64,000 bases of DNA, from NCBI GenBank assembly GCA_026396615.1, contig JAPLWK010000010.1:133916-197915 (forward strand), given 5' to 3'. Positions 56,805-64,000 of the stretch are shown piece after piece (within the stretch, counting starts at the first letter, position 1; the number at the start of each line of letters is the position of its first letter). The notes beneath the pieces are model-generated. The model saw only the letters and a list, made by a program, of their open reading frames with translations, was not told where the DNA came from and did no database searches. The DNA comes from a candidate division WWE3 bacterium (GTDB lineage Bacteria > Patescibacteriota > WWE3 > JAPLWK01). Made by a program: the position numbers and the translations under genes.

Positions 56805-56824
56805 GGGCCGCATATATGCGGCCC
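56805..56824. repeat. Perfect palindrome GGGCCGCATATATGCGGCCC with GTTGAGG / CCTAAGG flanks
   Basis: Same flank architecture as the palindromes at 43612 and 51754. Confidence 0.55.
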
Positions 56825-56908
56825 CTAAGGTTTCTTCGGGATCTACTCGAAGTGGCGGCGTAGGGGATTGATATATCAAGCCTTTAAGGCACATGGCTAT
56901 CTTCAGCC

Positions 56909-56950
56909 TTGACTCCACGACACGTTGTGATATACTGTACATATATGTAC
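56909..56950 (+). promoter_or_regulatory. AbiE promoter (TTGACT-16-TATACT) with the palindrome GTACATATATGTAC overlapping the start codon
   Basis: Read directly. AbiEi antitoxins are known to autoregulate through inverted repeats in their promoter. Confidence 0.4.
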
Positions 56951-57478
56951 AGAATACAAGAACTGATGCTCCAAAATAGACCGTACTATCATACTCAGGA
57001 CTTAGCCGTTATTTGGGGCATTTCCAATAAAAACACTTTATATAAGACTATTAGCCGCTACTTAAAAAATGGCGTTTTGCGGTCGGTTTACAAAGGTTTT
57101 TACAACACGGTTCCTCTAGAGCAACTTGACCCTGTCGAGCTAGGACTGGCCTCTCTGCACACTTTCGCTTACTTAAGCACCGAGAGCGTTCTTGCCGCAG
57201 CTGGCGTCATCAATCAAAACCCCACTGCCATTACCCTGATTTCCTCAGTCTCTAAAAATTTCAAAATTGGTGATAATATTTATAAAGCGCGTCAGCTGAA
57301 GGGTCAAAATCTGTTTATCGACCTTGGTTTGGTAGATAAGAGTGGCTATTTTGTTGCTACTCCAGAGAGAGCAGCGGCGGATTTGCTATATTTTGATCCA
57401 AAATATTTTATCGACAATAAAGAACTGCTTAACTGGTCACAAGTGATCCAGATTAGAAAAGAGGTCTACGGATTATGA
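56945..57478 (+). CDS. AbiEi-family antitoxin/transcriptional regulator (type IV TA)
   Basis: Internal ATG (MYRIQELM…) of the track ORF, which starts at a TTG at 56909. N-terminal wHTH-like AbiEi_4 pattern. Confidence 0.6.
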   Translation: MYRIQELMLQNRPYYHTQDLAVIWGISNKNTLYKTISRYLKNGVLRSVYKGFYNTVPLEQLDPVELGLASLHTFAYLSTESVLAAAGVINQNPTAITLISSVSKNFKIGDNIYKARQLKGQNLFIDLGLVDKSGYFVATPERAAADLLYFDPKYFIDNKELLNWSQVIQIRKEVYGL

Positions 57479-58215
57479 TGCCAATTTCTAAACCAGCTGA
57501 TGCTATCCACAAAGTCTGGCTGTATCGGGTCCTAACCGAGATCCTAGATAACACACTTCTCTCTCAACATCTCTATTTTAAAGGGGGTACATGCGCCTCA
57601 ATGATTGGATATCTCGATCGATTTTCGGTGGATTTGGACTTTGACTTGAAAGATGGAACTGCGAAAGCCGAGCTGCGTACCCAGATTTATAAAGTTGTCA
57701 AAACCTTGGGCTTGTCGATCAAGGATGAGAGTAAGAATGCTTTGCAATTTTTTCTAAAATACGAGGCCCCCACCGACTCTCGAAACACCCTTAAACTCGA
57801 TATAAACGATCTGGTTCCTCAAACCAATGATTATATAGCGAAGTCACTTATGGAGATTAATCGGACAGCTAATTGCCAGACAATCGAAACCATGTTTGCT
57901 AATAAACTGGTCGCTTCTTTGGAGCGTTTCGAGAAAACTCGGAGTGTTGCCGGTAGAGATATTTATGACATACATCATTTCTTTATGTCTGGTTATAAAT
58001 ACAAGCCAGAAATTATAAAGGAGCGGCGCGGCACGTCAGTCATTGATTTTATTAAAAATCTTCTAAGCTTTATTGAGATAGAAATCACGGAGACTGTGAT
58101 CGACCAGGATTTAAATTTATTACTGCCCCCGCTTAAATATAGGCAGTTAAGAAAGACTCTAAAGTCGGAAGTACTCGTCTTCCTGAAAGACGAGCTGACG
58201 CGACTCCAGCCTTAA
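57475..58215 (+). CDS. AbiEii/AbiGii-family nucleotidyltransferase toxin
   Basis: …YFKGGTCASMIGYLDRFSVDLDFDL… (GG…R.S.DlDf NTase motif). 4-nt overlap with the antitoxin gene. Confidence 0.7.
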   Translation: MMPISKPADAIHKVWLYRVLTEILDNTLLSQHLYFKGGTCASMIGYLDRFSVDLDFDLKDGTAKAELRTQIYKVVKTLGLSIKDESKNALQFFLKYEAPTDSRNTLKLDINDLVPQTNDYIAKSLMEINRTANCQTIETMFANKLVASLERFEKTRSVAGRDIYDIHHFFMSGYKYKPEIIKERRGTSVIDFIKNLLSFIEIEITETVIDQDLNLLLPPLKYRQLRKTLKSEVLVFLKDELTRLQP

Positions 58216-58236
58216 CATAATTCGGGGGGAGGGGTG

Positions 58237-58280
58237 GTTTATTTGCAGCAATGCTTATAAATTTTACCTCCCGTTTTTTT
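58237..58280 (+). terminator. Right copy of the 45-bp direct repeat/terminator
   Basis: Differs from the left copy at 1 position in 42. Confidence 0.5.
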
Positions 58281-58641
58281 GATTAGTTGCTTAGTGAACT
58301 CGGTGAATTTAGCAACTATCAATCCCGCCGTAGCTTCAACGAAGGCGGATGTTGGTTAACGTGCGAAAGATGATGTTTTCGTCTCAAATGATATATAATC
58401 AACATTGTTATGACTAAAAATATGACACTGCGAAAAAATTACCAGAAATATCGAAAAAATAAGAAGTCTCATGCTTCAGCTTTAAGTTTTTTTAAGGCTT
58501 TCATGCCAGAAATGACTTTTAGGACCACTAAACTTGAGGGAGAACCTATAACCAGATCACTAATCAAACGAGTGTTTTAAATTAAGACTACTTGTAGATA
58601 CTCTACCGGAATGAGTTTGGATTTAGTGCTAGAATTTATAC

Positions 58642-59106
58642 GTGCCTCAGGACTCTGATTACGAAACTTCGAAAGGTCTTGCTTACAAGAACTACAAAGA
58701 GACCCAGCAAATCTATTGTCCATATCTTAAAACTAAGATCTCTTTCAGCAGTGATGGATTTAGACATTTAGTTTATAAGGGTGGTGGAAAGAAACGTGAC
58801 GAAGAGTCTCAGCTAATGCGTTTTACACTTCTTGAAAAGGCTCGTGAAGTTTTAAGCATCACTACAACTCTTCAGGAGTATCAGTCAGAAAGTCGGGAAA
58901 TGCTAGTAGAGGAACACGAGCAGAAAGTCTCCAAAATTGTGACGGTTGTATACTTTGGTTTCATAGCAATTATTGAAAACTGGAAATTTAAAGTTATTGT
59001 TAAGCAAATCGGAAAGGGCAGACCATTCTTTTGGAGTGTGATTCCCAATTGGCGGACTAGAAATAAAGAACGAATAATGTTTAAAGGGAATTTGGAGGAA
59101 GGCTAA
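58642..59106 (+). CDS. Hypothetical protein
   Basis: 154 aa. No recognisable domain. The start is uncertain. Confidence 0.35.
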   Translation: MPQDSDYETSKGLAYKNYKETQQIYCPYLKTKISFSSDGFRHLVYKGGGKKRDEESQLMRFTLLEKAREVLSITTTLQEYQSESREMLVEEHEQKVSKIVTVVYFGFIAIIENWKFKVIVKQIGKGRPFFWSVIPNWRTRNKERIMFKGNLEEG

Positions 59107-59244
59107 AAGGTGCCTGCTGCAGGTACTCCCTAAAAGGGGACCGACTGGAGCCGAAGCTCACAGGCAATGCTATTATAGCATTTTCTTAGAACAAATCAAC
59201 TACACTAAAAGCCTTTTTAAAAGCGTATTTTTGAGCTCACAGTT

Positions 59245-59309
59245 AAATATACGTTGGGTTATACCTTACACATATGTACAGAATAAATGAACTGAATAGA
59301 GTAAAATAG
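59245..59309 (+). pseudogene. Remnant of a second AbiEi promoter/start (MYRINELNRVK*)
   Basis: ACGTTGGGTTATACCTTACACATATGTACAGAATAAATGAACTGAATAG parallels 56921-56975 (…GTTGTGATATACTGTACATATATGTACAGAATACAAGAACTGATG…). Confidence 0.4.
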
Positions 59310-59350
59310 TGATTGACGTACTAATTTATTTGGTTTAATCTCTAATCACT

Positions 59351-59752
59351 ATGAAACATGGTTATTCTTCAAATCTAGAATCCCTAACTCTTCAAAACTC
59401 CAGTTTTAGACATGTTATTTATACTGCTAAGTACTGTCAACTGGTTTTGATGTCTCTGTTACCTGGTGAAGAAATTGGTTCCGAAGTTCATGAAGATGGC
59501 GATCAATTTTTCCGCTTTGAAAAAGGGGATGGTAAAGTCGTTATCAACGAAACAGAGTACATAGTTTCTGACGGATCAACGGCGATCGTTCCCGCCGGAG
59601 CTCAGCACAACGTCATCAACACATCATCTACGGAGCCTCTTAAACTCTACACTTTATATTGCCCACCTCATCACCAAGACGGCATTGAGCGCGTCACTAA
59701 AGCCGAAGCTGTGGCAGATGGTCCCGAGTTCGATGGCGTAACCTCCGAATAA
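59351..59752 (+). CDS. Cupin-domain protein
   Basis: …GEEIGSEVHEDGDQFFRFEKGDGKVVIN…AIVPAGAQHNVINT… has the cupin_2 two-motif arrangement. Confidence 0.6.
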   Translation: MKHGYSSNLESLTLQNSSFRHVIYTAKYCQLVLMSLLPGEEIGSEVHEDGDQFFRFEKGDGKVVINETEYIVSDGSTAIVPAGAQHNVINTSSTEPLKLYTLYCPPHHQDGIERVTKAEAVADGPEFDGVTSE

Positions 59753-60985
59753 TTAGTCGACGAAAGTTAAAGCGGTACCTTTTTTTCCAGCTCTCCCGGT
59801 TCTTCCAATGCGGTGAATGTAATCCTCGTAAGTGGCGGGCAGGTCATAATTAATAACATGACTAATATTGTCAACATCAATGCCTCTTGATGCTAAATCA
59901 GTAGCCAGTAGAATATTAATGTCATTGCGTTTAAAACTATTTAAAATTTGTTGCCGCACCCCTTGCGATTTGTTGCCATGAAGCGCCCCCACCCGTAACC
60001 CTTTGAGCATTAAATGTTTGTGAATCTTATCAATCCCATTTTTAGTCCGACCAAAAACCAAGACTTTACTAAATTCCGAGGTTTGCAGTAAAGCACTTAA
60101 TTGCTCAATTTTAGTTTCTCGGTTAACTATTTTAATAATATTTTGCTCAATGTTGCTAAGGTTGTCACTCTTTTTAAGAGAGATAGTTAGCGGATTGCTT
60201 ACAAAACTATTAATAATCTCAGTCACTTTAGGCGGAAAAGTCGCTGAGAAGAATAAGGATTGCCTTACTTTAGGCAGCAGATTAATAAAATATTTAATAT
60301 CGTTAATAAAACCGATATCAACCATTAAATCCACCTCGTCTAAAATAAAGGTCGAAAAAGTGCTTAATTTAATGAAGCCGCGGTCTATTAAATCCTTAAG
60401 TCGGCCCGGAGTGGCAATAACTACTTGCGGATTTTGACGAAGTTCCGAAATTTGACGAAAAGAACTGGTGCCGCCCATAACGACAGTCGCATAAATCCGA
60501 GTATTCCAGCAAAAACTACGGAGCTCATCGCGAATTTGACAGGCTAATTCTCGAGTGGGAGCAACGATTAAGGCTCGGTCATTGGGATTTTTATAAAGTC
60601 TGTCGACAATTGGAATTAAAAAAGCGGCCGTTTTGCCCATACCGGTGTTAGTAACGCCGATTACGTCGCGACCGGCGATAATAGGTTCAATTGACTGATC
60701 TTGAATGGGGGTAGGAATTAAGTAGCCTTTACGTTTAATATTTTGCTTAACTACGTCAGAAATTGGAAAGTCGTTAAAACTGTGTGTAACCGGTACGTCA
60801 ACTGTTATTTTTTCGTCACTGGCTTTTTTAATAAAGATGTTAATATCAGCTGTTGCCAGCCGGCTCATTCCGGGGCGACCTTTGATTAGCCTACCATATC
60901 GAGGTTGTGATCCAAAATTATTACGACTGGAACCCGCAGAAGAACGGAACCGACCCGGTCCGTAGCTGCGAAACGCTTGCGCCAT
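59753..60985 (-). CDS. DEAD-box ATP-dependent RNA helicase with N-terminal RG-rich extension
   Basis: Q-motif, GTGKTAAF, PTRELA, DEVD (DEAD variant), SAT, HRIGRTGRAG. The first ~45 aa are rich in R/G/S. Confidence 0.8.
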   Translation of the reverse strand: MAQAFRSYGPGRFRSSAGSSRNNFGSQPRYGRLIKGRPGMSRLATADINIFIKKASDEKITVDVPVTHSFNDFPISDVVKQNIKRKGYLIPTPIQDQSIEPIIAGRDVIGVTNTGMGKTAAFLIPIVDRLYKNPNDRALIVAPTRELACQIRDELRSFCWNTRIYATVVMGGTSSFRQISELRQNPQVVIATPGRLKDLIDRGFIKLSTFSTFILDEVDLMVDIGFINDIKYFINLLPKVRQSLFFSATFPPKVTEIINSFVSNPLTISLKKSDNLSNIEQNIIKIVNRETKIEQLSALLQTSEFSKVLVFGRTKNGIDKIHKHLMLKGLRVGALHGNKSQGVRQQILNSFKRNDINILLATDLASRGIDVDNISHVINYDLPATYEDYIHRIGRTGRAGKKGTALTFVD

Positions 60986-61153
60986 AAATTGTTTAATTGA
61001 AGAAGAAGGCTAAGAGTAGGACGGGATAGTATCTTAGAGGCTTTTAACAACGTTTAAGAGAGGTAAAAACCGATTATCTAAATCAACTTTATTATTATAG
61101 CACATTTAAGGCAACTCAGCCACTTCTCAGGTAGTATAATTATTCTACCAACT

Positions 61154-62569
61154 ATGAGCATTTCATTAAAAGCTAGAATTGCTAAAACGCCACTGTTTAT
61201 AAAGATCGGTGTTGCTGTATTTTTACTGGGACTGGGTTATTTTATTTATACTCGGGTTAAAGCTACCAAATCAAACGTACCGCAATACGTGACCGGCACT
61301 GTTACTAAAGGCACTTTGGTGGTGGCGGTAACCGGCTCCGGCAATATCTCTTCCGTAAACAGTGCGCAAATCAACACCTTAGTTTCGGGAACGGTGACTA
61401 AGGTTTACGTTAAAAACGGTGACACTGTTACTAAAGGCCAGGTTTTAGCCGACGTGGCTTTAGATACCGATAGCACTTTAAATTCAAGCAAAAACTGGAC
61501 TTCCTATCTATCCGCCAAAAACTCTTTGGTAAACGCTCAAATTAATAAAGTAAGTTTAGAGCAAGGCCAAGTGGCTGCTTCTAATAGTTTAGACACTGCA
61601 ACACAGTCCATCACGACTCTGGGGCAAGCGGTTTCCAATGCCGAAACGGCCTATACAACGGCGCAACAGAACTGGCAAGCGGTTGTTAATGATTCTCACG
61701 ATGATCCAAACCGTCAAAAGGCAGCGACAGCTCTTAGTGCCGCCGCGGCAGCTAAAGATGCCGCTATAGCCTCACGGGATAATTATAATCAGAATGTTGC
61801 CGCGTCTTCGCTTAGTAGTGACGTTGCCACTCAAAAATACGGCACGGCTGATGACGCTATTAGCTTGTCACAAGCCTCTTTATCGACCGCCTGGCTTACT
61901 TACCAACAATCATTACCGCAAATTACCGCCCCCACCGACGGCATTTTAAGCAACTTTAATTTATTACCTAACACCGCCATTTCCACTAGCACCAGTACTT
62001 CCGGCACTAAAAATTCCACTGTCGTTGGCTTTATTAACTTGCCGGCCAGCAGTTTACAGGCCAAAGTAAGTTTATCGGAAATTGACGTAGTGAAAGTAAT
62101 TCCGGGCCAAAAAGTCACTCTTACAATGGACGCATTTCCCGGGAAAACCTACACCGGTAGGGTTTTGGCTATTGATACGTCAGGTACTACCAGTTCCAAT
62201 GTCACCAGTTATCCAACCACGATTATTTTAGATTCAGGAGAGGCCAACATGTACCCCAATATGGCCGTGAATGCCAGTATCATCACCAGTATTGTTGACA
62301 ACGCTTTACTTATTCCCAACGGCGCTTTGCAAACAGCCAATGGCGCGACGACTGCCCGAATTTTGACAAACGGGCAACTTAATTCCGTCGCGGTCACCGT
62401 AGGCCTTAGTGATGGTACGGATACGGTCGTAACTACCGGTCTTAATGAAGGCGACAGCGTCGTGACCGGCATTGTTTCAGCAACGACCACGTCGGCTGCG
62501 TCCTCTAAATCTTCGATCTTTAGCACGCTTGGCGGGTCTCGCAGTGGCGCAGCTAGCTTTGGACGTTAA
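61154..62569 (+). CDS. HlyD/MacA-type periplasmic adaptor subunit
   Basis: N-terminal TM anchor, lipoyl-like/beta-barrel motifs (…VTGTVTKGTLVVAV…VKNGDTVTKGQVLADV…), long alpha-helical hairpin. Confidence 0.6.
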   Translation: MSISLKARIAKTPLFIKIGVAVFLLGLGYFIYTRVKATKSNVPQYVTGTVTKGTLVVAVTGSGNISSVNSAQINTLVSGTVTKVYVKNGDTVTKGQVLADVALDTDSTLNSSKNWTSYLSAKNSLVNAQINKVSLEQGQVAASNSLDTATQSITTLGQAVSNAETAYTTAQQNWQAVVNDSHDDPNRQKAATALSAAAAAKDAAIASRDNYNQNVAASSLSSDVATQKYGTADDAISLSQASLSTAWLTYQQSLPQITAPTDGILSNFNLLPNTAISTSTSTSGTKNSTVVGFINLPASSLQAKVSLSEIDVVKVIPGQKVTLTMDAFPGKTYTGRVLAIDTSGTTSSNVTSYPTTIILDSGEANMYPNMAVNASIITSIVDNALLIPNGALQTANGATTARILTNGQLNSVAVTVGLSDGTDTVVTTGLNEGDSVVTGIVSATTTSAASSKSSIFSTLGGSRSGAASFGR

Positions 62570-62580
62570 GTTTATGAACT

Positions 62581-63297
62581 ATGAAAAATCATCCTATCAT
62601 CAAAATTTCCAATTTATCTAAAATTTATAAAACTGATTTTTTAGAAACAGTTGCTCTCGATAAAGTGTCTCTCCAGGTTGATGCTGGAGAATTTGTGGCA
62701 ATTATGGGGCCTTCCGGTTCCGGTAAATCAACCTTAATGCACATAATTGGAGCGTTAGATAAACCAACTTCCGGTGAGTATATTTTGGATGGCGATAATG
62801 TTGAAAAGCTAAATGATGACGAATTGGCGGATATTAGGAACCGCAAAATAGGCTTTATTTTTCAGGCTTTTAATCTTTTACCACGAACGACCGCTCTCAA
62901 GAACGTCATGCTGCCAATGAAATACGCTGGAGTGCCAAAAGAAGAGCAGGAAATCAGGGCCAAGAAGTTTCTTGACCTAGTTGGTCTTTCCGATCGGCTA
63001 ACGCATACTACTAACCAACTTTCCGGTGGTCAGCAGCAGCGAGTGGCCATTGCCCGTTCTCTTGTTATGAATCCGGCCATACTCCTTGCAGATGAACCAA
63101 CCGGTAATATTGCCACAGCGCAAGCTGACGAGATCATGGCCATTTTTCAAGAGTTAAACGACGCCGGCCATACTATTGTAATGATTACGCACGAGCCGGA
63201 TATTGCCGAGCACGCTAAGCGTATCGTCCATATTAGGGACGGTCATATTGCCCTAGACTCTTCACAGCACCAACAACGGCAGGTAAAAAGGAGCTGA
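62581..63297 (+). CDS. MacB/LolD-type ABC ATP-binding protein
   Basis: Walker A GPSGSGKST, signature LSGGQQQRVAIAR, Walker B LLADEPT. Confidence 0.8.
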   Translation: MKNHPIIKISNLSKIYKTDFLETVALDKVSLQVDAGEFVAIMGPSGSGKSTLMHIIGALDKPTSGEYILDGDNVEKLNDDELADIRNRKIGFIFQAFNLLPRTTALKNVMLPMKYAGVPKEEQEIRAKKFLDLVGLSDRLTHTTNQLSGGQQQRVAIARSLVMNPAILLADEPTGNIATAQADEIMAIFQELNDAGHTIVMITHEPDIAEHAKRIVHIRDGHIALDSSQHQQRQVKRS

Positions 63298-63301
63298 TAC
63301 T

Positions 63302-64000
63302 ATGAATTTTTGGGATATTTTTATCGAAAGTTTATCCACGTTAACTTTAAATAAAACGAGGACAGCTTTGGCGATTTTGGGAATTGTCATAGGCATTGCC
63401 AGCGTTATCGCCTTAATCTCTTTGGGAGAGGGTACGTCTTCCGCTATTCAATCGCAAATCGAAGCTTTGGGCTCAAATCTTCTCTCGATATCACCTTCGT
63501 CTTCAGGTCAGGGGGCAGTGCGAGGGGGATTCGGTGGTGGCACTACACTTACTGTGGCCGATGCTACGGCCATCGCCAACTCATCTCAAGTAACCACAAT
63601 TTCAATGGTGTCACCGGAAGTTTCCAAGCGCGCCCAGGTAGTGACCGGTGGTAATAATACAAATACATCTGTTACCGGAGTGACTTCGTCCTACATCACG
63701 GTTCATAAGATATCAATTGCTTCCGGTCGTTTCATTAGTGATTATGACGAAGCTTCGATGGCTAAAGTGGCTGTGATTGGTCCTCAAGTGGTCTCTGATT
63801 TATTTGGAACGAACGACCCACTCGGGCAGTCAATTAGAATTAATAATCAGTCGTTAATTATTATTGGCGTGACGGTTAGTAAAGGCGGCACCGGCTTTTT
63901 GAATCAAGATGATAGTATTTACGTGCCTTTATCGACCGCTCAGAAACAGCTTTTCGGTCAAAGTTATTTAAATACGATATCAGTTGAAGCCAAAAGCGTT
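63302..64000 (+). CDS. FtsX/MacB-type permease (5' partial; runs off the window end)
   Basis: N-terminal TM (…TRTALAILGIVIGIASVIALISLG…) followed by a periplasmic domain. No stop codon before position 64000. Confidence 0.55.
   Translation, partial: MNFWDIFIESLSTLTLNKTRTALAILGIVIGIASVIALISLGEGTSSAIQSQIEALGSNLLSISPSSSGQGAVRGGFGGGTTLTVADATAIANSSQVTTISMVSPEVSKRAQVVTGGNNTNTSVTGVTSSYITVHKISIASGRFISDYDEASMAKVAVIGPQVVSDLFGTNDPLGQSIRINNQSLIIIGVTVSKGGTGFLNQDDSIYVPLSTAQKQLFGQSYLNTISVEAKSV

Noticed and set aside
1-64000. CRISPR array
   Set aside because: The repeats present are single hairpins, a 6x heptad array, or two-copy direct repeats. There is no regularly spaced repeat-spacer array and no cas genes.

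Overview
This 64 kb window looks like part of a small, low-G+C bacterial genome. Host genes are short and mostly lack a Shine-Dalgarno (SD) sequence, which is consistent with a Patescibacteria/CPR-like organism, but this is inference only.

Housekeeping content, left to right:
- An ASCH-domain gene and a GNAT acetyltransferase gene.
- A tRNA cluster: tRNA-Leu, tRNA-Lys (both minus strand) and tRNA-Glu (plus strand).
- A two-component system: a standalone receiver domain, two small proteins, and a PAS-containing histidine kinase.
- A glycolytic/gluconeogenic block: phosphohexomutase, class II aldolase, PEP synthase, enolase, phosphoglycerate mutase and a PfkB kinase.
- A DNA-damage block: lexA, uvrB, uvrA, a secreted transglutaminase-like protein, and a short uvrC.
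- Envelope and transport genes: SecG, a solute-binding protein, a DUF2207 protein, an acyltransferase-3, a ZIP transporter, ABC-2 and MacAB-like systems.
- A flavin-transfer cluster: an FMN-binding protein, ApbE, and an NqrB/RnfD-like membrane domain fused to an FNR-like domain.
- Also a SET-domain protein, a frameshifted dinB, a dus gene and a DEAD-box helicase.

Three accessory features stand out:
1. A ~9 kb integrative element sits in the 3' end of rarA (about 31.0-40.1 kb). It carries a large serine recombinase, an XRE regulator, AlbA_2/Schlafen-like and DUF488 proteins, a replacement rarA 3' end, and leaves the displaced original 3' end as a remnant.
2. A compositionally foreign module (about 51.75-56.8 kb) has visibly higher G+C. 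It is bracketed by a family of GTTGAGG-flanked perfect palindromes and driven by two tandem consensus sigma70 promoters. It contains a ~1 kb ORF-free leader with iteron-like heptad repeats and four distinct palindromes, then five genes of unknown function. Each gene has a strong SD, and two share a conserved 5'UTR hairpin. An AbiE (AbiEi/AbiEii) cassette follows, flanked by 45-bp direct-repeat terminators, with a second AbiEi-start remnant further on.
3. There are two putative DNA-damage cis-elements. One is a GC-rich 8-bp-stem hairpin immediately upstream of uvrB (two copies), uvrA and rarA, showing a compensatory stem change. The other is an 11-bp-period TTCGTA direct repeat that overlaps the promoters of lexA and the dinB operon.

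Coordinates I derived by hand (features not in the ORF track) may be off by 1-2 nt.
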